From contig CBDFJG010000004.1 in the NCBI GenBank assembly GCA_965248445.1, positions 1,088,001 through 1,152,000 of the forward strand: a DNA stretch of 64,000 nucleotides. The letters run 5' to 3'. Origin of the DNA: Planctomycetota bacterium. GTDB lineage: Bacteria; Planctomycetota; JAJSAM01; JAJVHW01. Numbering within the stretch: position 1 is the stretch's first letter; each line of letters begins with the position of its first letter. Below are positions 48,434 through 58,006 of the stretch, in pieces. Position numbers and translations under genes: made by a program. The notes below the pieces were generated by a model, which was given only the letters and a program-made list of their open reading frames with translations, was not told where the DNA came from and made no database searches.

Positions 48434-48967
48434 TCAGCGTGCGCGCACGTCGCGCGTGACGTCGTCGGTCGTGTCGGACTTCTGGTCGCGCCCGTCCGAC
48501 ATGAGCAGCGCATGGTCGAGGTCCCGGCGCTCGTAGCGAACGGGTCGGCCGTACGGATCGTCGGGCAGTGCTTCGGGCAGCGACTCGGGGAACCCGTTCG
48601 TGTCCGCGTGCAGAGAGAGCAGGTAGCCCTCCAGTTCGTCGAGGAGGCCGGCGAGGTCGCTCGCGATGGAGCGAGCCCTGTTCATCTTGAGGATCTCCGC
48701 CTCGGTGTGCCGTGTGGCTTCCGCAAGACCGGCGTATGCGATGCCGTACGCACCGGCGCTACAGACCAAGACGAGCGGCATGGCGATCAGGAGGAGCACC
48801 ACCGCCACGACGGCCAGACCCGGCGGGCCGTCCTTGTTCTTCCTCTTCCGTTCGAGGGCCGCGGCGCGCGGCAGTGGCGGCACGTGCTTCTCCGGAGGCT
48901 TCGCGGCTTGCTTCTCCGGCGGCTTCGGCGGCGGGTCTGTTGCTCCAGGTTCAGGGCGAGACGGCAT
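48434..48967 (-). CDS. Membrane protein with a GspG/pseudopilin-like C-terminus
   Basis: Pro-rich N-terminus and a TM, then FPESL...DPYGRP.RY...S.G.D...T.DD. The start overlaps the purH stop. Confidence 0.6.
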   Translation of the reverse strand: MPSRPEPGATDPPPKPPEKQAAKPPEKHVPPLPRAAALERKRKNKDGPPGLAVVAVVLLLIAMPLVLVCSAGAYGIAYAGLAEATRHTEAEILKMNRARSIASDLAGLLDELEGYLLSLHADTNGFPESLPEALPDDPYGRPVRYERRDLDHALLMSDGRDQKSDTTDDVTRDVRAR

Positions 48968-50532
48968 CAGTGGCGGAAGTGTCGCATGCCGGTGAAGACC
49001 AGAGCGGCACCGGCCGCGTCTGCGGCCGCGATGACCTCGTGGTCGTTGCGGCTGCCGCCGGGTTCGATGGCCGCTGCGATCCCCGCCGTCAGCGCGACCT
49101 CGAGGCCGTCCGCGAACGGGAAGAAGGCGTCGCTCGCCAGCACGGAGCCCTTGGCACGTGCGCCCGCCTTCATGACCGCGATCCGCGCGGCGTCGACGCG
49201 GCTCATCTGACCCGCACCCACTCCGACGACCGCGCCATCCTTGGCGAGGACGATCGCGTTGGACGTCACATGCTTGACGGCGCGCCAGGCGAACCGCAGG
49301 TCGCGCATCTCGGCTTCGGTCGGCGCGCGCTGCCCGACCGACTTGACTCCCTGTTCCGTGACGTCCCGCAAGTCGTACTCCTGGACGAGGACGCCCCCCA
49401 GCACGCGGCGGATGTCGCGATCGCGCGGCCCGAGTGGCTGGTCCATCTCCGGCAGGTTGAGGATGCGCAGGCTCTTGCCCCACTTCGCTCCCGAGGTCAG
49501 CGCCTGGATGGCTGCGGGCTCGTAGCCCGGCGCGATGATGCACTCGACGAAGTGCGTCGGTACCGCGATGGCCTTGGCGGTCTCCGCGTCCACGACGCGG
49601 TTGAAGCCGAGCACGCAGCCGAACGCCGACATCGGGTCGCCGCCCATGCCCTTCTTGAACGCCTCCAGCACGGACTCGCCGACGCCGAGGCCGCACGGAT
49701 TCGTGTGCTTGATCACGACGCACGCCGTGTCCTCGAAGTCGCGCACGATCCGCAGGGCGGAGTCCAGGTCGATGAGGTTGTTGTACGACGGCTCCTTGCC
49801 CCACAGCACCTCGGCCGTCGTCACCGACGGTCCGCCGCCTCCGTGTTCGCGGTACATCGCGGAGCGCTGGAACGGGTTCTCGCCGTAGCGCAGATCGCGC
49901 ACCTTCTCGAAGAACGGAGCGACGAACGACTGGAACTCGTCGCCCTGCCGGCCGGACAGGTGGTTGGCAATTGCGGCGTCGTACTGTGCGGTGCGCCGGA
50001 ACGCCGCGCGCGCGAGGTCCGCGCGCAGTTCCTCAGGCAGCGACCCGCCGCCGGCGCGCAAGGCATCCAGGATCTCGGGATAGCGAAGCGGCGACGTCAC
50101 GACCGCGACGTGGCGGAAGTTCTTCGACGCTGCGCGGATCATCGCCGGCCCGCCGATGTCGATCTGCTCGAGCGCCTCGTCGAGTGTGCAATCCGCCCGC
50201 GCGACCGTGTTCTCGAACGGATAGAGGTTCACGCAGAGGAGGTCGATGGGCGGGATGCCGTGCTCCGCCATCGCCTCGACGTGCGCGGGGACGTCCCGGC
50301 GGGCGAGCAGCCCACCGTGAATGCGCGGGTGCAGTGTCTTGACGCGCCCGTCCATGATCTCGGGGAACTCCGTGACCGACGCGACGTCCGTCACCTCGAC
50401 TCCCGACGAACGCAGCAGGCTCGCGGTGCCTCCGGTGGACAGGAGCTCGACGTCGTTCTCGGCGAGCCCGCGGGCGAAGTCCACGATCCCGGTCTTGTCG
50501 GACACGCTCAGAAGTGCGCGGCGAACCTTCAT
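48967..50532 (-). CDS. purH: Bifunctional AICAR transformylase/IMP cyclohydrolase
   Basis: ALLSVSDKTG, STGGT, GRVKTLHP, IDIGGP, LRYGENP.Q, KH.NPCG, ASDAFFPF, RHFRH. Confidence 0.97.
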   Translation of the reverse strand: MKVRRALLSVSDKTGIVDFARGLAENDVELLSTGGTASLLRSSGVEVTDVASVTEFPEIMDGRVKTLHPRIHGGLLARRDVPAHVEAMAEHGIPPIDLLCVNLYPFENTVARADCTLDEALEQIDIGGPAMIRAASKNFRHVAVVTSPLRYPEILDALRAGGGSLPEELRADLARAAFRRTAQYDAAIANHLSGRQGDEFQSFVAPFFEKVRDLRYGENPFQRSAMYREHGGGGPSVTTAEVLWGKEPSYNNLIDLDSALRIVRDFEDTACVVIKHTNPCGLGVGESVLEAFKKGMGGDPMSAFGCVLGFNRVVDAETAKAIAVPTHFVECIIAPGYEPAAIQALTSGAKWGKSLRILNLPEMDQPLGPRDRDIRRVLGGVLVQEYDLRDVTEQGVKSVGQRAPTEAEMRDLRFAWRAVKHVTSNAIVLAKDGAVVGVGAGQMSRVDAARIAVMKAGARAKGSVLASDAFFPFADGLEVALTAGIAAAIEPGGSRNDHEVIAAADAAGAALVFTGMRHFRH

Positions 50533-50542
50533 TTCACTCTCC

Positions 50543-51647
50543 CTAAGCGTCGCCGCTCTCGCGGCGAAAGCGCATATGGGCCTCGATGAAGTCATGGATG
50601 TCGCCGTCGAGCACGTTCTGCGTGTTCCCGGTCTGGTGCGACGACCGCAGGTCCTTCACCATCTGATAGGGGTGCAGCACGTAGGAGCGGATCTGGTACC
50701 CGAAGTTGATCTCGCCCTTCTCGCCGTACGCCTTCTTCAGTTCCTGTTGCTTCTCGAGCTCGCGCTGCCGGTACATCTTGGCCACGAGCAGCGCCATCGC
50801 GGTGCGCTTGTTCTTGTGCTGACTCCGCTCTGACTGGCACTGCACGACGATGCCGGTCGGAATGTGCGTGATCCGCACTGCGGAGTCGGTCTTGTTCACG
50901 TGCTGTCCGCCGGCCCCGCCCGCGCGATACGTGTCGATGCGGAGATCCGAATCGGCAACGTCGATCTCACCCTCTTCGAGCTCGGCCACCACATCCACGG
51001 ACGCGAATGACGTCTGCCGCCGGTGTGCCGCGTCGAACGGTGACAGCCGGACCAGCCGGTGCACGCCGATCTCGTTCTTGAGGTAGCCGGTCGCCCACTC
51101 GCCGGAGAACTTGTACGTCACCTTGCGCACGCCCGCCTCTTCGGCCGGAACGGAGTCGACCTCCTCGATCTTCCAGCCGCGGCGCTCGGCGTAGCGCGCG
51201 TACATGCGACCGAGCATCTGGGCCCAGTCCGCCGCGTCGGTGCCGCCGGCGCCTGCGTGCACGGAGAGGTAGCACGGCAGGACGTCGTGCGGGTCGTCCA
51301 TGGAGAGCTGGAACTCGAGGCTCTCCAGCTGCCCGGCGAGCGCGTCGGCGCCCGTGGCGACCTCACCGAGCGTGTCGGCGTCGTCCTCGGACTCGGCCAG
51401 CTCGAGCAACACCGTCAGATCCTCGAACTCGCCGGCGAGCGCCTGGACCGGGCCGAGCCGGCGCTTCAGGAACTTCAGCTCCTGGACGGTCTTCCGGGCA
51501 CGGGTCTGGTCGTCCCAGAACCCGGGTTTGGCCATGTCCTGCTCGAGCGAGGCCATCCGTGCGAGCCCGCCGGGGAGGTCAAAGGGACTCCTGCAGGGAT
51601 TGCAGCCTCGCCTCGAGGTTGGTCAGCGTGTCGCCGAGTTCGGACAT
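50543..51647 (-). CDS. prfB: Peptide chain release factor 2 (programmed +1 frameshift)
   Basis: GVHRLVR.SPF, GGQHVN, QIRSYV.HPY. A 22-codon first frame ends CTT TGA C. Confidence 0.97.
51578..51592 (-). promoter_or_regulatory. prfB +1 frameshift signal AGGAG-TCC-CTT-TGA-C
   Basis: Internal SD 3 nt before CTTTGAC, matching the canonical RF2 autoregulatory site. Confidence 0.95.
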
Positions 51648-51714
51648 GGGCCCGGGAGTCTAGTCAGCCGGGCTGACGAGCCAACCGAGATCGGGGGCGG
51701 ACCGTGTGTCCTGC

Positions 51715-52986
51715 CTACGGGTAGGCGTAGCCCTCGGCCTCCGCGGGAGACAGGATGCGCCAGCCGACACGGGAGATCGCGCCGGCAGAGAGCGCGCCGA
51801 GGTTGAGGTTCTCGTCCATGTGAATGCCCGCGTTGCTGTCGAGGGCGATCTTCCACGCGACCAGTGAACCCGAGACCTGCGCGTTGCTCTTCAACTCGAC
51901 CTTGGACGTCGGCGAGTAGATCCGCCCGGTGACCTCGGCGTTGCTGTCGATCAGGAAGGGACCGTCGTTCTTGGAGAAGTTGATCCACAGGTCGTTCGGA
52001 TCGCCGCTCGTGGGATACATCTCGAAGTTGCTGAGGATCGCAACACTGTGCGTGAAGTAGAAGGCGACGGGACCGTGCGTCGTGTCGGCGATGATCGTCC
52101 CGTTCGAGTCCAACAACGCCTCGGTCGCGCGGATGTTCGCGGGGCCGACCACCGTGACCGTCGCGTCGGACAGGACCTCGAACTTGCTGTAGCGCTTGTT
52201 GCCGGAGATCGTCACCGACGCGGTCCCGTCGGCCTTGAAGTCACCCAGGTTGGAGCCTGTCCCGGGGATCACGATCGGATCCAGGACGTTCGTCGACGAG
52301 AGGTTGCCCGTCGTTCCCGTGACGGTCGAACTGCCGCCGGTGGTGACCGAGCCGGTCGGGCCGGCGTTCGCGTCGCCGTAAACCGTGGCGTTCGAGTCCA
52401 TGATGATGTCGCCGTTCGCGGCCACGCTCCCGTCCGAGTTGTTCAGCGGCATGCCGCCGGAAGTCGTCCCGCCCGCTTGCGAGGCGTGCGAGCCGAGAGT
52501 CGAGTCGTAACTGTCGACGTACGCGTCGCTGTTCAGCGAGATCCAGCGGTCACCGAAGACGAGCAGGCTCGGGGGACCGGAGCCGCTCTTGAGGACCAGC
52601 TGTTCGCCGGCGGCCGCGCCGTTCTGCGCCGCCGTCGCGATCAGGACGATCAGGTCGTCGTTGACGTTCGCGTCGGTGTCGCCGTACGTGATGTCGATGT
52701 CCAGCGTCATGCCGCGCACCGTTCGCGGGAACCCAGAGTTGGTGCGCAGCGCCTCCCAGCCCGTCTCGTTCAGACGCGCCCAGGCCTCGTTCAGTACGCC
52801 TTCGGCAGCGATGCGCAGTCTCGCGCGCGCCGCCGTCGCCCGCTGCTCCTCGTTGCTCCGCTCGGCCATGGACATCGCGCCCGCGCCGATTGCCACGACC
52901 ATGATCACGACCATCAGGACGAGAGCCACCGCAGCCACGTTGCCGCGCTCTGCGTCCCTGCGAATTGCCCTGTGCATTGCGTACAT
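51715..52986 (-). CDS. PilX-like minor pilin with a C-terminal beta-solenoid adhesin-like domain
   Basis: ERG|NVAAVAL hydrophobic helix without Glu5, A..AAEG, VDSYDS, repeated DSNA.V.G motifs. Confidence 0.7.
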   Translation of the reverse strand: MYAMHRAIRRDAERGNVAAVALVLMVVIMVVAIGAGAMSMAERSNEEQRATAARARLRIAAEGVLNEAWARLNETGWEALRTNSGFPRTVRGMTLDIDITYGDTDANVNDDLIVLIATAAQNGAAAGEQLVLKSGSGPPSLLVFGDRWISLNSDAYVDSYDSTLGSHASQAGGTTSGGMPLNNSDGSVAANGDIIMDSNATVYGDANAGPTGSVTTGGSSTVTGTTGNLSSTNVLDPIVIPGTGSNLGDFKADGTASVTISGNKRYSKFEVLSDATVTVVGPANIRATEALLDSNGTIIADTTHGPVAFYFTHSVAILSNFEMYPTSGDPNDLWINFSKNDGPFLIDSNAEVTGRIYSPTSKVELKSNAQVSGSLVAWKIALDSNAGIHMDENLNLGALSAGAISRVGWRILSPAEAEGYAYP

Positions 52987-52988
52987 GT

Positions 52989-53642
52989 TCAGTTCCTCAC
53001 GCGGACTGTTCTCGAGATGGTGTGCAGGCGTATTTCGTCTCCGGGAAGCACCGAGGAGAGGGTCAGCCTGAAGACGATGCTGTCATCGACGCGCGTAATG
53101 CAGAGGCCCGCCTCGTCCGTCAGTCCGTTGCTGTTCTGATCGCCGCTGCTCGAGTCCTCGCCCTCGAGGAACTCGGGCACGCCGCGCGCCAGGACGATCT
53201 CCTGCGCAGTGATCTCGCCCGCGTCGTAGGTCACGACGAGCTCACCCTCGTCCACGAGTCCGTCGCCGTCGTTGTCGTTGCCGTCGTTTGTCTCCGAGGC
53301 CTCGATCTGCCAGCGCACTCGGATGCCGTTGAAGCCGGCCGAGCCGGCCACGAGGTCCACGGATCCGATGCGCTCGAGCGTCGCGTCCGATGTCCACGCC
53401 GGGTAGTCCGGAACGAGGTCCAGGCTGTCGCTGGACACACCCCGGAAGAGGCCGTCCAGCCGATCCGCCGCCCGCCGCCCGCGCGTCTCGACGTCGGAGT
53501 TCGCTTCGAACTCGTTCAGCGAGGACACGGCGGACAGGGTGATCTGCGCCACCGGCCCCATGACCACGAGGAAGATCGCGGTTCCGATCACCATCTCGAG
53601 GATGGAGAGACCGGACTCCTTGCGAAGGCGCTGGTTCCGCAT
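52989..53642 (-). CDS. Prepilin-type (PilW-like) protein
   Basis: KESG|LSILEMVIG cleavage/methylation motif and DNDGDGLVDE. Confidence 0.78.
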   Translation of the reverse strand: MRNQRLRKESGLSILEMVIGTAIFLVVMGPVAQITLSAVSSLNEFEANSDVETRGRRAADRLDGLFRGVSSDSLDLVPDYPAWTSDATLERIGSVDLVAGSAGFNGIRVRWQIEASETNDGNDNDGDGLVDEGELVVTYDAGEITAQEIVLARGVPEFLEGEDSSSGDQNSNGLTDEAGLCITRVDDSIVFRLTLSSVLPGDEIRLHTISRTVRVRN

Positions 53643-53643
53643 C

Positions 53644-54192
53644 TCAGTCCAGCCCCGCCAGGACAGTGAAGTACTCGACCGTGCTCTCCCCGTTGCCGCC
53701 CTTCCAGCGCACGACGATGCGCACGGGCAGGAACTTGCGGCTGGAGGTGACGTTCGTGTCGTTCGCGTCGCCATCGATGTTGATGTCGCGCGGCATGCTC
53801 GGGAAGCTGCTGGGCGTTTCGGTCAGGCGGCCGGGTGCCCCCGTCGCGACGGGAAACAGGATCTCGCCTGCCATGCCGTCCGAATCACCGTCCGCCGGCG
53901 AGAGGCTCGCCACGGCAAAGTCGCCGCCTGGGCTCGTCCCGGCGGTCGGGTTGTCCGCGTTGGTTCCGTTGTACCGCTCGAACACCTCGTCGAAGTCCGC
54001 CGCCAGGAGTTCCTCGACCATGTTGACGGCCGCCTCTTCGGCGATGCCCTGCTCGTACGTCGTGCGACGCAGTGAGAGCGCCGAGGAGACCGTCTTGAGA
54101 GCGGCGAGGAGACCGATCAAGATGATCGAACTCGCCACCATCATCCAGACCATCGCACCGCCGCGTTCATCGTGTCCGAGGAGCCGCCTCAT
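53644..54192 (-). CDS. PilV-like minor pilin
   Basis: ERG|GAMVWMM hydrophobic helix, A....EEL.A.DF, and a C-terminal V.I.VRW. Lacks Glu5. Confidence 0.65.
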   Translation of the reverse strand: MRRLLGHDERGGAMVWMMVASSIILIGLLAALKTVSSALSLRRTTYEQGIAEEAAVNMVEELLAADFDEVFERYNGTNADNPTAGTSPGGDFAVASLSPADGDSDGMAGEILFPVATGAPGRLTETPSSFPSMPRDINIDGDANDTNVTSSRKFLPVRIVVRWKGGNGESTVEYFTVLAGLD

Positions 54193-55490
54193 CGACTACC
54201 TCCTCGTTGCGCGGTGTCCGCCTCACGGACCCGGCCACCGCACGCGGCGAGCGCGCTCCGCACCGCCCGGCGGACACTGGGCAGCGGATCCAGGAGGGCC
54301 GCGCGCAGCGCGTCCTGCGCTGCGGGCTCAGCCAGTCGCTCGAGCGTCAGGCAGGTCAGCGTGCGGACGGACGGGTCGTCGTGAGTCAGGCCGTTCGCGG
54401 CGATCTCCGCGAGCCGTGGCCGGTCGAGCCGCCGCATGGTGATCTCGTTCAGCGCGCGGACGGCGTCCGCGCCGTCTCCGTCGCGGAGCGCGCTGCGCGC
54501 GGTTTCCGCGCGATCTCGATGCCACGTCCGCTCCGTCGCGATCCAGCGCATCCAAGGCCCCTCCTGGGCCGCCAGGTTGAGTCCGCTGATCTCGCGGAGC
54601 GCACGGTGCGCCGCGGCGCGAACCCTCGCATCCTCGGCCTCGAGGACCACGATGAGATCCTCGACGTGCGCCTCGCTGCGCAGGGCGCCCATCAGGGTCG
54701 CGGCCGCGGCAGGGTGCGCCGATGCCGGGTCGCCCAGTTCCAGCTCGGCGACACGGAGGCTCTGGCGGCGGACGGTAGCGCTCAGGACATCCGGCACGGC
54801 AGCCAGCCCGTGCAGCGCGGCTCCGCGGCAGACCCAGTCCGAGTAGGCGACCTTGGCGAGCCACTCCGCGACGTCGGAATCGTGGACGCTCGCGGCCTCG
54901 TCGATCGTGCACGAGCGGATCGCGTCCGAAAGGACGGGCCATGCCGCGATCACACTCTTGATCCGCTTCGGGTCGGCGTCGAGGTGTGTGCGGACGGTGT
55001 CCGCGAGCGCCAACTGCAGCGACGGCGACTCCGCCCAGTCGGCGGACGTGCGGAAGCGCTGCGCCACGCGCAGCGCCTCGACGATGGCGCGGTCGTCGTC
55101 GAGCCGCGCCAGCACCTCGAACTGCGCGATCCGGGATGCGACGCTGTCTTCGCGCGACGACTCGGCATCCAGTGCCCGGCGGACCGACTCGAACGGAAGT
55201 TGGTCGAGGACCAGCAGCGCAAAGTCCCGCTGCCGCGCGTCGAGCCGCTCCGGCTCCTCCGCCTCGACCGGCAGGAGCTTCCCGCGCAGTACGATCCGGA
55301 CGAGCGACGGGGCGACGTCCGCTTCCAGACTCTGCAGCGCGCTCGAGGCCTCGTCCCGCTCGCCCTCGCTCCACTCCGTGGCCCGGGCCACGACGGTCTG
55401 GACGCGGCGGTCCACGTCCCCGTCGACTCCGGCTCCCGCCTGCGTGGACAGGCCGGCCAAGAGGGGCAGGAAGAGCAGAGTCCTTCGCAT
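54189..55490 (-). CDS. Secreted HEAT-repeat protein
   Basis: Signal peptide and L.DED.RVR.AA..AL, L.D..PSVR..AL repeats. Confidence 0.8.
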   Translation of the reverse strand: MRRTLLFLPLLAGLSTQAGAGVDGDVDRRVQTVVARATEWSEGERDEASSALQSLEADVAPSLVRIVLRGKLLPVEAEEPERLDARQRDFALLVLDQLPFESVRRALDAESSREDSVASRIAQFEVLARLDDDRAIVEALRVAQRFRTSADWAESPSLQLALADTVRTHLDADPKRIKSVIAAWPVLSDAIRSCTIDEAASVHDSDVAEWLAKVAYSDWVCRGAALHGLAAVPDVLSATVRRQSLRVAELELGDPASAHPAAAATLMGALRSEAHVEDLIVVLEAEDARVRAAAHRALREISGLNLAAQEGPWMRWIATERTWHRDRAETARSALRDGDGADAVRALNEITMRRLDRPRLAEIAANGLTHDDPSVRTLTCLTLERLAEPAAQDALRAALLDPLPSVRRAVRSALAACGGRVREADTAQRGGSR

Positions 55491-55746
55491 GGTCCGAGTG
55501 GTGGAGGCGCAGCTTCTCCCGTTTCCCCATCGGGATTGACCGGGTGCGAGTGAAGAGGGACGAGATCGAGGCCGCTCTCTCACGCACACGCTGAGCCTGG
55601 GAGTCCCTCCAGCACGGCAGGCTCGGTCGCCGCTCCGTCGCGGTCCAACGACCGCCAGGCACCTTGGACAGGTAAGTCCCCGTGACGGCAGTACCGATAG
55701 GGATGCGGAGGAACCTCAGTCCCTCCTCCGAGTCTGGAGAGTCCCC

Positions 55747-56340
55747 ATGCGTCGAGACAGGTCCATGCGCAGGAAGAAGAACGAACAGGGCATGTCCCTG
55801 GTCGAGGTGGCGTGCTCGGGGGTCGCCGTCGCGGTGGCCCTGATCGGCGCCTCGGCGGCGGTGATCTCGAGCGTTCAGCTGAACGACTCGACGAACCGCA
55901 CCCGCGAGTCCGCCCGCGACGTCGCCACCCTGATCGAGGACATCCGAAACACGCCCTTCGACGACGTGGATGACCTGCACGACACGCTCCACGACATCGA
56001 CCGGGGCGACGCCTCGCTGAGCGTCACCGACATCACGGCTCGCTCGACGTCGCGCTGGAAGGTCTACCGCGTGCAGGTGGACGTGAACTACGACGACACT
56101 GTCGCGGACGGGACGCTCTCGTTCGTCACCTTCGTCACCGACCGTGATCAGAGCAGCAGCCTCTCCGGAGTCGGCACCACCGGCGCCGACACACCCTCGA
56201 ACGGCGAGCCGATCGACGTCCCCGATGAGGGCGACGATCCCCCGCCGGACGACCCGCCCACCGACCCCCCGCCGGACGACCCGCCCCCAGATGACGGCGG
56301 CAACGGGAACGGCAACGGGAACGGCAACGGGAACAACTAG
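55747..56340 (+). CDS. PilV-like minor pilin with a Pro/Asp and (GN)n tail
   Basis: EQG|MSLVEV motif, IEDIR.TPFD, tail DDPPP...GNGNGNGNGNN. Confidence 0.75.
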   Translation: MRRDRSMRRKKNEQGMSLVEVACSGVAVAVALIGASAAVISSVQLNDSTNRTRESARDVATLIEDIRNTPFDDVDDLHDTLHDIDRGDASLSVTDITARSTSRWKVYRVQVDVNYDDTVADGTLSFVTFVTDRDQSSSLSGVGTTGADTPSNGEPIDVPDEGDDPPPDDPPTDPPPDDPPPDDGGNGNGNGNGNGNN

Positions 56341-56342
56341 CC

Positions 56343-56873
56343 GTGCATATGCTTCGTTCCCGCCGGCAGTCAGGGTTCACCCTGATCGAGACGATCATCG
56401 CGACGACCCTCGTCGCGGCGATCCTCGGCGGAGCGATCTCCTTGCTCGACGCAAGCCAGAAGCTGGCGGAGTCCGCCACGAACGAACGCACGGCAGCGCG
56501 GCGCGTCGACCGTGCGCTGACCCGCATGTCGCAGGAACTACGGCGCGGCTCGCTCGCCACCGTGCGCCAGCTCGACGCCTCATCGTTCGACGACGGGGAG
56601 ACCGACCTCGGCTTCTCCGTTCAGCCGGTGACCGGCTGGGACGGCGGCCCGATCCTCGGCGATCGGGTCACGTACGAGTTCGACGCGACGACGGGTGAGC
56701 TGGTCCGCGACGACGGACTGGTCGAGACCGTCCTGTCGCGCGGCCTCACCGCGTTCACGGTCTCACGCACCGACACGATGTTCACCTTCTCGACAGCGAC
56801 CACTGCCGGCCCGACGGACGACCGCCGGCGCACGGCAACCGGCACGCTGTCGATGGTCGCGAGGAACCCCTGA
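56343..56873 (+). CDS. Prepilin-type (PilW-like) protein
   Basis: QSG|FTLIETII motif, L.R..QELR, ends in ..RNP. Confidence 0.82.
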   Translation: MHMLRSRRQSGFTLIETIIATTLVAAILGGAISLLDASQKLAESATNERTAARRVDRALTRMSQELRRGSLATVRQLDASSFDDGETDLGFSVQPVTGWDGGPILGDRVTYEFDATTGELVRDDGLVETVLSRGLTAFTVSRTDTMFTFSTATTAGPTDDRRRTATGTLSMVARNP

Positions 56874-58006
56874 TGCTCGACCCCAACAAGTACTCGAAAC
56901 ACCGCGACGAGCGCGGCAGCGGCATGATCGCCGTGTTCGTGCTCGTTATCACGTGTGTGGCCATCGCAGCCAGCGTTCTGCTGCCCGCCATGTCGCGGCA
57001 CCGCGAGGCCCAAGCGCACTTGCAGGGGCAACGCGCCTTCTATCTGGCTGAAGCCGGAGTGGACTGGGCGATCAGCGAGCTCCGCTCGACGAACGGCGTG
57101 ATCCCGGGGAACACGACAGAGACGCAGAGCCCGCAGGGGCAGGGATCGTTCACGCTGACGTACACGTCCGGCGACGCGAACGGCATCGACGACGACGGCG
57201 ACAACGTCACCGACGAGTCCGACGAGGACGAGTACACGACGCTTCTGAGCGTCGGCACCTCGGGCGACGAGTCCCGCGCGGTCTCAGTGCTCATGCGCAC
57301 GGCCATCACGGCGCCAGAGTTCACGAGTTCGATCCTCATCAACGTGGATGCACCCGTGTTCGAGTCGAACAGCAACTCGATCTACGTGGACGGGCGTGAG
57401 CACGACATCGACGGTGTCTTGGATCCGACGGGCGTCGTACGCCCCGCCATTGGATCGCCGGCACCCGTGCAGGACCTGATCGACCAGATCAGCCGTCCGC
57501 ATCTCTTCGTCGGCAGCGGCGGCACGCCCTCGGCGGAGCAGCTGCCCGCGATCGACCTGCAGGCGCTGGTCGAGCAGACCAAAGCCGCCGCCACGATGGT
57601 CGTCCAGTCGGGCACGCACTCGGGCGTCGACTGGGGCACGGCGACGATGGCGGGCGTTGAACTCGTCTACTGCGACGGCGACCTGCACCTCTCGGGCAAC
57701 GGCAGCGGTGCCGGCTACCTGGTAGTCGATGGCGACCTCATCATCTCTGGCGGGTTTACCTGGCACGGCGTCGTGCTGGTGCGCGGCAAGTCGCGCATGA
57801 CAGGCGGCGGCTCGGGCAAGCGGATCATCGGTGCCATGGTCGTCGGCGAGGAAATCGAGGCCGTGGGCGGCGGCGGCGCCACCACCCAGACCGTGCAACT
57901 ACGAGGAACCGTCGACCTCCTGTTCTCGAGCGAGGCGATCCGGATCGCCAGCGCACGCGTCTCGATCGTCTCGATCCAGGGCTGGTACGAGGTTCCGGTC
58001 CCTTGA
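56873..58006 (+). CDS. PilX-like minor pilin with a C-terminal beta-solenoid domain
   Basis: ERG|SGMIAV, AFYLAEAGV.WA (PilX N-terminal signature), GDL.LSG...G.G.LVV.GDL.ISG...W.GVV.V.G. Confidence 0.8.
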   Translation: MLDPNKYSKHRDERGSGMIAVFVLVITCVAIAASVLLPAMSRHREAQAHLQGQRAFYLAEAGVDWAISELRSTNGVIPGNTTETQSPQGQGSFTLTYTSGDANGIDDDGDNVTDESDEDEYTTLLSVGTSGDESRAVSVLMRTAITAPEFTSSILINVDAPVFESNSNSIYVDGREHDIDGVLDPTGVVRPAIGSPAPVQDLIDQISRPHLFVGSGGTPSAEQLPAIDLQALVEQTKAAATMVVQSGTHSGVDWGTATMAGVELVYCDGDLHLSGNGSGAGYLVVDGDLIISGGFTWHGVVLVRGKSRMTGGGSGKRIIGAMVVGEEIEAVGGGGATTQTVQLRGTVDLLFSSEAIRIASARVSIVSIQGWYEVPVP

